Of a stretch of 64,000 bases of DNA, positions 8,309 to 17,848 are shown piece after piece; the first letter of the stretch is position 1, and every line of letters begins with the position of its first letter. The stretch is taken from assembly GCA_963764715.1 (NCBI GenBank), contig CAVXTP010000014.1, positions 32,001 to 96,000 of the forward strand. Direction: 5' to 3'. Under the pieces are notes generated by a model. The model had not been told where the DNA came from, did not search any database, and worked only from the letters and a program-made list of their open reading frames with translations. The position numbers were made by a program, and so were the translations under genes. This DNA is from an uncultured Acidobacteriota bacterium. Lineage in GTDB: Bacteria; Acidobacteriota; Thermoanaerobaculia; UBA5066; Gp7-AA6.

Positions 8309-10684
8309 TCAGCGCGGCGGCGCCGGCCCCTGCAGCTCTTCGAGAAGCCGCGCCGCCTCCGCGCTCTCCGGAGCGATCGCGACGAGCGCCCTGGCATATT
8401 CGATGGCTCCGCGCCGGTCGCCGGCCCGGAGCGAAAACGATGCCAGAGCCTCGAGGATCTCGCGGTTGGCGGGATGGCGCGCGTGGGCCGCGGCGAGGAC
8501 GGCGATCGCCTTCGGCGTCTGGCCCACCGAATCGAGCGCCACGCCGTAGACGTAGTCGTAGCGGACCCGCTCCGGCGGAAGCTCGGCGGCCTTCCGGAGC
8601 TCCACGAGGGCTTCCGGCATCCGCCTCGCCCGAACGAGGGCCAGGCCGAGCGCGTGGTGCACGCCAGGATCGTTGGGCGCCGCGGCGATGCCCCCGCGCA
8701 ACGTCTTTTCGGCCTCGTCTTCCCGCCCCTGCGCCCGGTAGAGATCCGCGAGGTTCGCCCAGGCTCCGCCGAATGCCGGCGTCAGCGCGATCGCCCTCCG
8801 ATATTCCGCCTCCGCCCGCGCCGGGTCGCCCTGCGCCACCGCGAGGGAACCGAGGTTCAGATGCGCCTCCGCCCGGTCGGCGTCCACGCCCTGGGACTGC
8901 ACGTACTCGGCGAGCGCGGCATCGAACGCCGCCCGTTCGGACGCGGTCATCCCTTCCCGCGGCACCGAGGCCAGCCCCTGGGCGGCCTCGATGCGGACCG
9001 TCCGGACGGGGTCGCGCAGGAGCGGCGAGACCAGGCGAAGCCGCTCGCTCGGCTCGAGCGCGCCCGCGGCCGCGAGGGCCCCGTTCCGGACGAGGGGGTC
9101 CGGGTCCGCCAGCGCCCGCGCGAGGGCCGCGCGCGGCGCCGGAGCGCGGGGGTCGAGCATCGAGGCGGCGGTCGCGCGGCGGATGGCCGGCCGGGCCGCG
9201 TCGCCGACGAAAGCGGCGAGGGCCGCCTGGGCGCCCACGAGCTCCTCGCGCCCGGCGCGCGCGATCTCCCCGTAGTGGGTCTCCTGCCGCACCCGGTCGC
9301 CCCACCACTTCTTCGCCGCGTCGGCGGCCCATTGGTCCGACTTGTCCCGGTGGCACTGCGTGCATGCGTTCGGCGTCCCGAGAGTGAGCGAGAGGTCGGG
9401 CCTCGGGATCCGCAGGCTGTGATCGCGGCGGGCGTGGACGACCATGTAGTTGCGGGTCGGCATGTGGCAGGCCACGCAGCTCGCGCCCGTCGAATTCGCC
9501 TTGTGGAAGTGGTGCTTCGGCGATTCGAACTTCTCGGTCAGGTGGCAGGCCAGGCAGACGCGGTCCGCCGAGCCCTTCACCTTGAGGTCGTGGGCGTCGT
9601 GGCAGTCCGTGCAGGTCACGCCCCCGGCGTACATCTTGCTCTGGAGAAACGAGCCGTACTCGTAGACCTCGTCCTGGATCTGGCCGTCGGCGAAGTAGAG
9701 ACTCTCCTCGAGGAGCGCCGGCCGGTGCGTCTGCAGGATGGGCTCGCCCCAGACGTAGTCCTCCGACACGACCGACCGGCGGGAGTGGCACCGCGCGCAG
9801 GTCTCGACCTCCACGCGCGAAGTCCGGGGGGCGCTCCGCTTCGCGATCCCGGTCTTCATGTCCATGTCCCAGGAGGCCCGGACGGGGTCCTGGAGCGTCA
9901 CGGCCATTCCCTTGTCGGCCGCGTCCTTTCGCGCCCTCCCGGCCTTCACCGCCTCGGCCCAGGCCACGTGGGCGGACCCGGGCCCGTGGCAGGCTTCGCA
10001 GGAGACGTCGAGCTCCGACCAGGTCGTCGCGTAGGAGTTGGTCGCCGCGGAATAGCCCTTCTTCACGTTGGTCGAGTGGCACTCGGAGCACATGAAGTTC
10101 CAGTTCTGGTACGCGCCCGTCCAGTGGAGGGGGTCCCGAAAGGAGACCTCCTCCTTCGGGTAGAGGTGGAACCAGCGCTGGCCCCCCTCCTTCGCCGGCC
10201 GCGCGTCCCAGCAGACGTTCAGCGCCTGGTACCGGCCGCCCGGAAACGCGATGAGGTACTGCTGGAGCGGGTAGACGCCGAAGGTGTAGGCAATCGGGTA
10301 TTCGTGGAGCTTTCCGTCGGGGCCGTCGGTTCGAACGAAGAACTTTCCGTCCCGCTTGAAAAACGTCGACGTCACGCCGAAGTGCGTGAACGAGGCGTGG
10401 TCGAAGTTGCCGAGGACGGTCTCCGGGGTCGCCTCCTCCATCGCGCGGTCGTGGTGCGACCCTTTCCACCGCGCGTCCTCCGCGGCGTGGCAGGGCGCGC
10501 AGGCCTGGCGCCCGACGAAGGTCGCTCCCTGCGACCGCGGGGCCGCGGGCGTCGGCCGGGCGGAGGCCGCGGGCGTCTCGCCCCGGCCCCGGCACGCGAG
10601 GATCGCGGCAACGAGCGTGATCGCCGGGAAGAGGGCCCCGAACCTGCGCCCCGGCCGGTTCCGGAGCGGCGTGGCGGGCTTCAC
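8309..10684 (-). CDS. Octaheme cytochrome c lipoprotein with C-terminal HEAT/TPR repeats
   Basis: Eight CxxCH motifs (CAPCH, CSECH, CEACH, CARCH, CTDCH, CLACH, CVACH, CTQCH); ILAC lipobox; TPR-like AHLNLG/AWANLADLY/HHALGLAL. Confidence 0.9.
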   Translation of the reverse strand: MKPATPLRNRPGRRFGALFPAITLVAAILACRGRGETPAASARPTPAAPRSQGATFVGRQACAPCHAAEDARWKGSHHDRAMEEATPETVLGNFDHASFTHFGVTSTFFKRDGKFFVRTDGPDGKLHEYPIAYTFGVYPLQQYLIAFPGGRYQALNVCWDARPAKEGGQRWFHLYPKEEVSFRDPLHWTGAYQNWNFMCSECHSTNVKKGYSAATNSYATTWSELDVSCEACHGPGSAHVAWAEAVKAGRARKDAADKGMAVTLQDPVRASWDMDMKTGIAKRSAPRTSRVEVETCARCHSRRSVVSEDYVWGEPILQTHRPALLEESLYFADGQIQDEVYEYGSFLQSKMYAGGVTCTDCHDAHDLKVKGSADRVCLACHLTEKFESPKHHFHKANSTGASCVACHMPTRNYMVVHARRDHSLRIPRPDLSLTLGTPNACTQCHRDKSDQWAADAAKKWWGDRVRQETHYGEIARAGREELVGAQAALAAFVGDAARPAIRRATAASMLDPRAPAPRAALARALADPDPLVRNGALAAAGALEPSERLRLVSPLLRDPVRTVRIEAAQGLASVPREGMTASERAAFDAALAEYVQSQGVDADRAEAHLNLGSLAVAQGDPARAEAEYRRAIALTPAFGGAWANLADLYRAQGREDEAEKTLRGGIAAAPNDPGVHHALGLALVRARRMPEALVELRKAAELPPERVRYDYVYGVALDSVGQTPKAIAVLAAAHARHPANREILEALASFSLRAGDRRGAIEYARALVAIAPESAEAARLLEELQGPAPPR

Positions 10685-12129
10685 GACCCCGAGGCCTGCG
10701 ATTCGGGCGCGCGCTCGTAACGGCGCGCGAGCGCGCGATAGGCGAGCCGGGCCGGCACGGAGCCCGCCAGGAGGACGACGATCAGGATCAATCCGCGCCA
10801 GAAGGCGTGGTCGACGACCCGCTTCAGGTCGTCGCCCGTCTGCTGCCCGATCTTCGCGAGCGCCGGAGCGGTCTCGTTCGCCGAGCGCAGGAGCGTGTTG
10901 AGGTCGCGGGCCATTCCTCCGACGTCCGTGGCCGCCTTTCCAAAGTCGAGCGGGTCAAAGGGCTTCCCAGCGGGCTTTGGAGGCGCGTTGGGGTCGGGCG
11001 GCGGCGAGACGTAGTGCACGAAGGCGTCGAGGGACTGGATCGTCCCCGTCAACGACTTCCCCATTTCTCCCCCGGCGTTCATCGTCTCGCGGAGCTGGCC
11101 GAGCAGCGTCTGGATCGTGGCCTCCTTGGCATCGAGCTCGGCCAGGATGGCCTGGCGCTCGGCCGCGACGCCCGCGAAGAGCTGGTCGATCGCCGCCTTG
11201 CGCTGCTCGTCCACGAGCACGGGCAGCCCCTCGGCGGTCTTCGAGATCGATTCGATCGACCGGGAGGCGCGGCCGAGGTCGGACACGACCTGCTGCGGCG
11301 CCGGTTGCTGCTGCACCTGCAGGGCGAGGAGCTCGGCCTGCCAGCGCATGAGGGTCGGCGCCCGCTCGGCGTAGGCGACGACCCGCTCGGCGAGCTCCCG
11401 GCTCTGCTCGATCGCGACGGTCGTCGGCGAGAGGCCGGCGAACGGATCGAGGTAGAGCATGCTGAAGATGCTGGCGGGCTTCTTCCCTCCGCTGGCCGCC
11501 TGGGCCTTTCCGAGGCTGACCGCGAACTCGCGAAACCGCGCGCCCGAGACGTCGCGCTCGGTCGGGTTCTGCTTGCGCCACTCGACGATCAGGGTGCGCA
11601 GCTCCTCGGCCTGCTCGGGCGACAGCAGGACGCCGGCGAGCGTCCAGGCGCTCTTTTCGAGCGCTATGTGCGTGGAGATCAGGGGCTCGACCGCCTCGCC
11701 GAACTCCTCCCGCGCCTTGGCGTCGTCGATCACGAGTCGCGAGACGGTGGCGAGGACGGTCAGATCGAGCGTGTTCCAGACCGGGTTCTCCCCCGTCGCG
11801 TCCGCGTAGGCTGCCGTGGCCTGGTCGATCTTCCACTTCAGCGCGGCGACGTCGCCTTCCCGCGTTCGCAGAGCCTTCGCGGCCGCGTCGGCCGCGTGCG
11901 CAACCGAGTTGACGTAGTCGTCCGCGAAACGCAGCACCTCCGTCTGGAGCGTGTTGATCGAGAGACCGCTCTCATTGAGGCGCTTTTCGACCGGCGGTGG
12001 TTTGCGGAAGACGGAAGACAGGGTCGTGCAACCGCCAGCGAGGAGAAGCAGGGTCGCCGCGGCCGCGCCGGCGAGGGTGCCGGCCCGACGGGCCTCGCGC
12101 GGCATCGTTCCTTGCGTGAGCTTCCTCAT
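10681..12129 (-). CDS. Hypothetical helical lipoprotein with C-terminal TM helix
   Basis: LAGGC lipobox, coiled-coil-like body, hydrophobic FWRGLILIVVLLAG near the C-terminus; stop overlaps the start of the octaheme gene. Confidence 0.75.
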   Translation of the reverse strand: MRKLTQGTMPREARRAGTLAGAAAATLLLLAGGCTTLSSVFRKPPPVEKRLNESGLSINTLQTEVLRFADDYVNSVAHAADAAAKALRTREGDVAALKWKIDQATAAYADATGENPVWNTLDLTVLATVSRLVIDDAKAREEFGEAVEPLISTHIALEKSAWTLAGVLLSPEQAEELRTLIVEWRKQNPTERDVSGARFREFAVSLGKAQAASGGKKPASIFSMLYLDPFAGLSPTTVAIEQSRELAERVVAYAERAPTLMRWQAELLALQVQQQPAPQQVVSDLGRASRSIESISKTAEGLPVLVDEQRKAAIDQLFAGVAAERQAILAELDAKEATIQTLLGQLRETMNAGGEMGKSLTGTIQSLDAFVHYVSPPPDPNAPPKPAGKPFDPLDFGKAATDVGGMARDLNTLLRSANETAPALAKIGQQTGDDLKRVVDHAFWRGLILIVVLLAGSVPARLAYRALARRYERAPESQASGS

Positions 12130-12219
12130 GGATTTCGGCGCCCATGATAACTGCGCGGCGAGTCTTGCCCGAAGCGTCTTGGAAGGGGACTGCGTTCGGA
12201 ACTTCCGGGCGCGGGCTTC

Positions 12220-13065
12220 TTACTCAAAGAGCGTGCCCTGGATGAGTTTGGGCAGCACGGGCGTCAGCTGGATCTGGATGTTCCACCTCTGGCCGACGGG
12301 TTCGGGCTGCGTGACCATGTACTGGCCAGCCAGCGAGACCTTGACCGGCAGCCGGCCGAACTTCACGACCTTCCCGGCGCCGATGCCGATCGGAACGGTC
12401 CATCGATTGTCCGACGGCGCCTTCCAGTCCACGAGGATGTTGCCCGAGTAGCCGACGTTCCAGCCGCCCTCGAAGAAGAAGTTGATGATCGGCTGGATAT
12501 TCATCTGGCTCGTGTCCGGCCGATTCTCGTCGCCCGCGTAGGACCACCACTGCTGCGGAAAGACTCCGAGCATGTACTTCTTCGTCATGTAGGCGACGAC
12601 GAGCGCCGGGCCGACCTGAAATTTCCCCTGGCCCGTGTAGACGGAACCTGCCGTCGGAAAGATGAACGTGGGCCCGACGCCCAGGAGCCACTCGCCGCTG
12701 TGCGCGGGCGAGAAGAGCTCGAGCTGCGTCCAGTCGCCGAAGTTCGTCGTGCGCTGCTCCACTCCATTGCTGTCGGTGTACGGCGCACTGTTGTAGACCT
12801 GGATGACGGGACGGGTGATCAGGTTGATGTCCTTCGTCAGGCTGACCGGCATGACCGGCTGGAAGTTCAGATTGTTGTTCCAGCGGTCGTTCGTCAGCTC
12901 GAAGTTGTTGAACTGGAACTGCAGCGACCAGAGGTTGGCGACCGGGTTGGCCAGCTCCTGGGCCAGCTTGTTGGCGTCCGCCGGCTTATCCTCGTCCTGG
13001 GCCATCGCCGCGCCGGAAACGAGCAGAATCGAGAGACAGAGCAGAATCCTCTTCGCGTTTTTCAT
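12220..13065 (-). CDS. Outer-membrane beta-barrel transporter ('neuromedin U'/SphA-like)
   Basis: Signal peptide; LAQELANPVANL, QPVMPVSL, GVGPTFIFPTA, WTVPIGIGAGK. Confidence 0.8.
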   Translation of the reverse strand: MKNAKRILLCLSILLVSGAAMAQDEDKPADANKLAQELANPVANLWSLQFQFNNFELTNDRWNNNLNFQPVMPVSLTKDINLITRPVIQVYNSAPYTDSNGVEQRTTNFGDWTQLELFSPAHSGEWLLGVGPTFIFPTAGSVYTGQGKFQVGPALVVAYMTKKYMLGVFPQQWWSYAGDENRPDTSQMNIQPIINFFFEGGWNVGYSGNILVDWKAPSDNRWTVPIGIGAGKVVKFGRLPVKVSLAGQYMVTQPEPVGQRWNIQIQLTPVLPKLIQGTLFE

Positions 13066-13078
13066 GGTCCCTCCTGTT

Positions 13079-14323
13079 TCAGAGTTGGAACTGAAGGCGG
13101 AGCTGGTAGAAGTCGGTGCGTCCCACGATCCCGCCGCGCTCGAGCCGCCCGTATCCGTAGTTGAACTCGAAGCGCCACTGCTCCGTCGGGCGCCAGAACA
13201 GGCCGCCGCTCCACCGCTCGAACTCGCCTCCGTCGAGAGTGCCGCTCGTCAGGTCGATGCGCGAGTATCGGGCGGCGAGCTCCCAGGCTCCGCGGCCGCC
13301 GTGCCTGAAGGAAAAGGGCTGCGCGGGACGGATCGCGCCGAAGGCTCCGAGCTGGCGATCGTACGGACGACTCTCGCCGGTCAGGCACCACGACGCCATG
13401 ACATAGAAACCCTGGAAGTGCGGGTCTCCCGTCTGCGGGGACGCGACGGCGGTCCAGGTGGACTCCGCCGAGACCTCGACGGGCCCTTCGACCATCGCCA
13501 GCTCGGCGCCGACGGAGGAGCCATGATCGGCCGGGAACGAGCCCGTGTCGACGAAGTCGGGGGCCTCGTAGACCTCGGGCACGCTCCGGAGCTTGAAGTT
13601 CCCGTCCTGCGCCTGGCGGTAGACCCCGGAGACGCCGAGATGGAGGAGCCGGCGGCCGCCATTCGCGACGATCGGCAGGCCGCTGATGCGTCCGGCGAAA
13701 ACGCTTCCGCTCTGGGAGAACGAGAGGTCGTCGTCCAGCCAGTTGTTGAACCAGCCCGCGGACCAGGTCATGCGCTCGCCGGCAGCCGTGCCGGAAAACC
13801 GCACCCCGGCGATGTGCGAGTCGACGAACGCCATCGCCGTGGTCATCGTGGACCGTTCCATGAAAGCGAGATCCCGGCCGTTCTCGATCAATTCCAGCCC
13901 GAGTCCTTCCTTCTGCTTGCCGATCGTCACCCACGCGGCGTCGCCGAGCGGCACCGAGACGTACAGATAGGTGCTCGTCCACCCGCTGGCGTCGGTCGGA
14001 TCGAGACCCTTGTAGTTGCCGCCGATCCGATATGTCCAGGGCTTCGCGAACTTGATCCGGCCCTCGAGCTGGAGGCCGTCGACGCGGAAGAGCTGCTCGT
14101 TGTTCAAGTCGCCGACCTGTTCCCGGCTCTCCGCGTCCTGGGAATAGAAGGCGCCGTCCTCCATGCCGGCGAAGTGGAACCGGGCCGAGATCCACGACGT
14201 GTCGAGCTCGTACCAGGCCCTCCGGGGGTTCTCCTGTGCCGTCACCGCCGTCGCCAGGCAGACGCCGAGGCTCGAAAAGAGGATCCCGCTCCTTCCACTC
14301 CTTCGCCGCCAGCGCTTCGGCAC
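13079..14323 (-). CDS. OprO/OprP-family anion-selective porin
   Basis: TIGKQKEGLGLE, FMERS, GFYVMASWCLTGESR, AWELAARYSRIDL, C-terminal LRLQFQL. Confidence 0.85.
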   Translation of the reverse strand: MPKRWRRRSGRSGILFSSLGVCLATAVTAQENPRRAWYELDTSWISARFHFAGMEDGAFYSQDAESREQVGDLNNEQLFRVDGLQLEGRIKFAKPWTYRIGGNYKGLDPTDASGWTSTYLYVSVPLGDAAWVTIGKQKEGLGLELIENGRDLAFMERSTMTTAMAFVDSHIAGVRFSGTAAGERMTWSAGWFNNWLDDDLSFSQSGSVFAGRISGLPIVANGGRRLLHLGVSGVYRQAQDGNFKLRSVPEVYEAPDFVDTGSFPADHGSSVGAELAMVEGPVEVSAESTWTAVASPQTGDPHFQGFYVMASWCLTGESRPYDRQLGAFGAIRPAQPFSFRHGGRGAWELAARYSRIDLTSGTLDGGEFERWSGGLFWRPTEQWRFEFNYGYGRLERGGIVGRTDFYQLRLQFQL

Positions 14324-14341
14324 TTGCCGCGGCTCACTTCG

Positions 14342-15238
14342 TCAGAAGGTGACGGTGAGGTAAACGCGCGGACCGTAGTAGTGGTAGCTGAAGTCGACGA
14401 GCGTTTGGTTGTCCTCGTCTTCCTTCCTGATGTTGAACTTGGTGTAGTCGAACGCCGCTCCCACACCGAAATTGCGTGCAAAGAACCAGTCGAGATGCGC
14501 GTCAGCCTGGAAGATGGATCCCACGTACGGATGCACGGGCGCGAAGATGCCGTTGAAGAGCACTCCGGCGGAGACGCGATCACCCAACCGGGCATCGAAC
14601 AGCAGCCCGAGGAGGGGCACCGGCGTCGATATCTTCGCTTCCTTCGTCACGGTCTGTCCGACGATCGGCCCACCCGGCCCGACGACTCCCGCTGACGCGC
14701 TCAGCTTCGCCTCCAGGATCGGGTATGCGACGCCGAGCGTGAAGCCGAACTGCACCGCGTCGTTCTTGATCAGGTTGTATCGAAAGTCGAGGTACGGAAG
14801 GTGCGACTGCATGGACGTTTCCAGCGACGCGCCCGCGGTGTAGGTCACATCTCCGAACGGGATGTCGAAGGCAATCGAATCCGAGCTACTGCGATCGAAG
14901 CCGGTGTAACCGAAGTCGATGAAGAAGCGGCCGAAGGGATTCCAATAGCCGCGAGAGGAGAATCCGGGCCTCGACTTCGGCGCGCCGAGGTCCTCGAAGT
15001 TGATCCCGGCTCCGATGGGTCCTCCGGGAGTGAAGTCTTCCTGAAAGGTGACGTCCGTGCCGAACCAGGCGTACATTCCGCCGACGTTCAACCGGAAGGT
15101 GTCCGGCACGTCGCCGGGAAACTGCGCCTGAGCCCGGGAGGCGGCAAGAAGCAAGCACGCTGCGGCTGCGAGCAAGCGCAGCTTTCGAAGTGCGGTCTCC
15201 AGTCTCCTCGAAATCTGGTCTGTCGGTTGCATGGACAT
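14342..15238 (-). CDS. Hypothetical outer-membrane beta-barrel protein
   Basis: Signal peptide, alternating amphipathic strands, C-terminal YYGPRVYLTVTF BAM-type motif. Confidence 0.75.
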   Translation of the reverse strand: MSMQPTDQISRRLETALRKLRLLAAAACLLLAASRAQAQFPGDVPDTFRLNVGGMYAWFGTDVTFQEDFTPGGPIGAGINFEDLGAPKSRPGFSSRGYWNPFGRFFIDFGYTGFDRSSSDSIAFDIPFGDVTYTAGASLETSMQSHLPYLDFRYNLIKNDAVQFGFTLGVAYPILEAKLSASAGVVGPGGPIVGQTVTKEAKISTPVPLLGLLFDARLGDRVSAGVLFNGIFAPVHPYVGSIFQADAHLDWFFARNFGVGAAFDYTKFNIRKEDEDNQTLVDFSYHYYGPRVYLTVTF

Positions 15239-15300
15239 CTCCTATCCTGGCCTTCGTTCGAGCGCATTGATGATCGCGATTCTTCGCCGGCAGTCACACA

Positions 15301-16488
15301 CTACAGGAACACTTTGAAAATGAGATCGAAGATCTTCGTGGGCGGGAACATCGTCAGCACCAGCGGCGTCATGGGGACCAGGGCAGCCAGCGAGAGCGCG
15401 ACCGCGTCCCGCGGGTCGAACGGCACGGGTCTCATTCTGTAGAGGACGTCGGACGCGCCGGCGAGGTCCGCGAGCGAGGATATTTCCGGCGCGCCGAGCG
15501 GCACCTCGTCCTTCCCGTGGCCGCCCTGCACCCACTTCTCGTCGAAGAGCCGGTTGTGCAGGACGGCCAACGCGCTGTAGTCGTGCATGCTTTGGACCTT
15601 GGCACGGCTCAGCTGTCCCGAAAACATCGTCAACGGAAGGAGAAAGACGGAGAGCACGAGCACGACGTAACCCGCGATCGCGAATTTGAAACTGGGGAGG
15701 GGCACTCCGGCGTAGACGATCTCGTCGGCCAGGACACCGGCCGCCGTGAAGGCGAACGCCGAAACGATGATCCAGAAGTATCGCTGGGCGTCTCCGACGA
15801 AGCCGAGTCCCGCCGCGCGGTCGGGGTGGGTCGGAATCAGGCGAAGCTCAAGCCTCGACATGCGCCACAGAAAGCCGTACCAGATGAGGAGCCTCCAGAG
15901 CCAGCGCCACAGAAGGAACTCGAACAGCGCCACGCCGACGACCAGATACCACCAGCCGGCGAGGGTGCGCGTGTGGCCCGCGCTCGACACGAGCGATCGC
16001 CACGTCGAAAAGTCGAGAGGAAACTCGCGAAGCACGAGGACGGCGCTCAATCCCGCCAGGAGGAGAATCACCGTCTCCGCCAGCGTCGAGTCGCGCATGC
16101 GCTTCGCCCGTTCGATGGCCGCCGCGTATCTCGGGCGATCCGATTCCGAGATGAGCCCGGCCCGGTCGAAGTGAGCGGCCACGGTCGCGATCTGGCGCCC
16201 GATCAGCCCCTCGGCGACGATCAGCATGGGAATCGCGAGGAGAAACCTCGCATACGCCGCGTAGTCGTAGAGAAACGGGATCTTCACCCCGTCTCCGATG
16301 GCCAGTCCCTGGACCGCGGAGAGAACGAGGAGGACGAACCAGGTCAGGAGGATCGAGAGCAGGGCCCTCCGGGCGGGCCTGAGCGACCCCGTCCCGCCCC
16401 CCACCAGCCCGAATCGTTCCTGGAGCCGGTGCGCCGGCCCTCCCGCGACGAGGGAAAACCCATCGAATGTCGACGGCGGAGCCTTCAT
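15301..16488 (-). CDS. Hypothetical multi-pass membrane protein
   Basis: Several TM segments; PTHPDRAAGLGF and ISSLADLAG motifs. Confidence 0.75.
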   Translation of the reverse strand: MKAPPSTFDGFSLVAGGPAHRLQERFGLVGGGTGSLRPARRALLSILLTWFVLLVLSAVQGLAIGDGVKIPFLYDYAAYARFLLAIPMLIVAEGLIGRQIATVAAHFDRAGLISESDRPRYAAAIERAKRMRDSTLAETVILLLAGLSAVLVLREFPLDFSTWRSLVSSAGHTRTLAGWWYLVVGVALFEFLLWRWLWRLLIWYGFLWRMSRLELRLIPTHPDRAAGLGFVGDAQRYFWIIVSAFAFTAAGVLADEIVYAGVPLPSFKFAIAGYVVLVLSVFLLPLTMFSGQLSRAKVQSMHDYSALAVLHNRLFDEKWVQGGHGKDEVPLGAPEISSLADLAGASDVLYRMRPVPFDPRDAVALSLAALVPMTPLVLTMFPPTKIFDLIFKVFL

Positions 16489-16497
16489 TCCGGGCTT

Positions 16498-17505
16498 CTA
16501 CTCAAAGGAAAAGATTCTCTTCCAGTCGCCCTTCATGCTGACGACGGTCCAGCCCTTCTTCTTCGCTTCGTCATAGAGCGCCTGGGTGAAGGTCCCGACC
16601 TTGGTCTCCGGAAGCCCGGCCGCCGGACCGTAGGCGTACTCGCGTTTCGCGTCGTCGTGGAGGACCAGCATCATGAGCCGCGCGCCGTCCCCGGCTCCCG
16701 TGTATTCCAGCATCTCCCGGTCGCCGGTCGAATTGCCGAACGCGGCGTGCGGCCGGCGCCCGATCATGAGGTATATGCCTTCGGCCTTGCCGGCGTTGTT
16801 GTCGTTCAGGACGAGCCTGGGCTCTTTTGTCAGGAACGGGCGACCGTCCTTGTCGTAGCCGAATTTGGTGGCCCCGGCCGTCCCGACGACCTGCTCCGGC
16901 GGAATGCCGTAGACCCTCTCTGCGTACGTCCGAACGAAGTCCTGGCCCCCGCCCGTCACGATGTAGGTCTTGTAGCCGTTGGCTCGGAGGTACTTGAGGA
17001 CCTCCTGCATCGGCTGGTAGGTCAGGTCGGTGTATGGCCGTTTCCAGCGGGGATCCCTGGCCGCAGCGGTCCACCTGGCGGCCTCGGCGCGGAACTCGTC
17101 GACGGACATCCCGGTCAGCGTCGCGATCGCGATCTTCTCGATATCCGCCATCGGGAGCTTCGCGATGGCCTCGCGATCGCCCGACATCACCGTCTTGAAA
17201 GGCTCGACGTTGGCGAGCTCGGGCTTGGCCTTGACGAGCGCCGGGACGCGGTCGAGGCAGTAGATCAGCTGCGAGTAGACGGGGTGCTCGACCCAGAGAG
17301 TGCCGTCCTGATCGAACGTCGCGATGCGTTCTTCGGGCGGCACGAACTTCGGGCTCCCGGGGGTCGTCGTCGACTGCACGAACTCGACGATCGTCTTTTT
17401 CGCCGAGCCGTCATTCCAGGACGGCAAGGGATCCTGGGCCAGGGCGGCCGCGGCTCCGGCGGCCACGAGGACCAGAAAAGCAACGGCATGGCGTCTCGTT
17501 TTCAT
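16498..17505 (-). CDS. Secreted HAD-superfamily hydrolase (phosphatase-like)
   Basis: Signal peptide from ATG 17505; FDQDGTLW, IVTGGG, AFGNSTGD motifs. Confidence 0.92.
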   Translation of the reverse strand: MKTRRHAVAFLVLVAAGAAAALAQDPLPSWNDGSAKKTIVEFVQSTTTPGSPKFVPPEERIATFDQDGTLWVEHPVYSQLIYCLDRVPALVKAKPELANVEPFKTVMSGDREAIAKLPMADIEKIAIATLTGMSVDEFRAEAARWTAAARDPRWKRPYTDLTYQPMQEVLKYLRANGYKTYIVTGGGQDFVRTYAERVYGIPPEQVVGTAGATKFGYDKDGRPFLTKEPRLVLNDNNAGKAEGIYLMIGRRPHAAFGNSTGDREMLEYTGAGDGARLMMLVLHDDAKREYAYGPAAGLPETKVGTFTQALYDEAKKKGWTVVSMKGDWKRIFSFE

Positions 17506-17535
17506 CCGCAGATCTCCACTCCGGGCGTACACGGG

Positions 17536-17760
17536 TCAGTTGTGCGGCGGTGAAAGGGTCTCGAGCTCATCCAGGCGTTTCATCGCCTGCATCGCCTGGA
17601 GCGAGTTGTAGTTGATGCCCGCGGCGTTCAGGCTGCTGCCCTGCTGGAACGGGAAATCCGGAAGCGCCAAGAGGAACGCCTGGGCCGCCGCCTGCGCCGC
17701 GAGGGCGAGGCCGATGGCAGCCATCGCGAATCGACTCGCAAGTCGGGTGTGTCCGTTCAC
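17536..17760 (-). pseudogene. Arylsulfatase remnant: signal peptide fused in-frame to a sulfatase C-terminal tail
   Basis: Strong RBS; N-terminal signal peptide ending AAAQ, joined to AFLLALPDFPFQQGSSLN, which resembles the FL..FP..Q..S.N tails of the three intact sulfatases. Confidence 0.65.
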
Positions 17761-17791
17761 CGCTTCCTCCTGTGCGGGATGCGCCTCTGTG

Positions 17792-17823
17792 AAAATGCGG
17801 GCGGCCCCTTCGGACCGCCCGCC
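17792..17823 (-). terminator. Probable intrinsic terminator after sulfatase 2
   Basis: Minus strand GCGGGCGG-loop-CCGCCCGC followed by ATTTTC. Confidence 0.5.
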
Positions 17824-17848
17824 GAGTGATCGATGATCCGCTTTTCGA

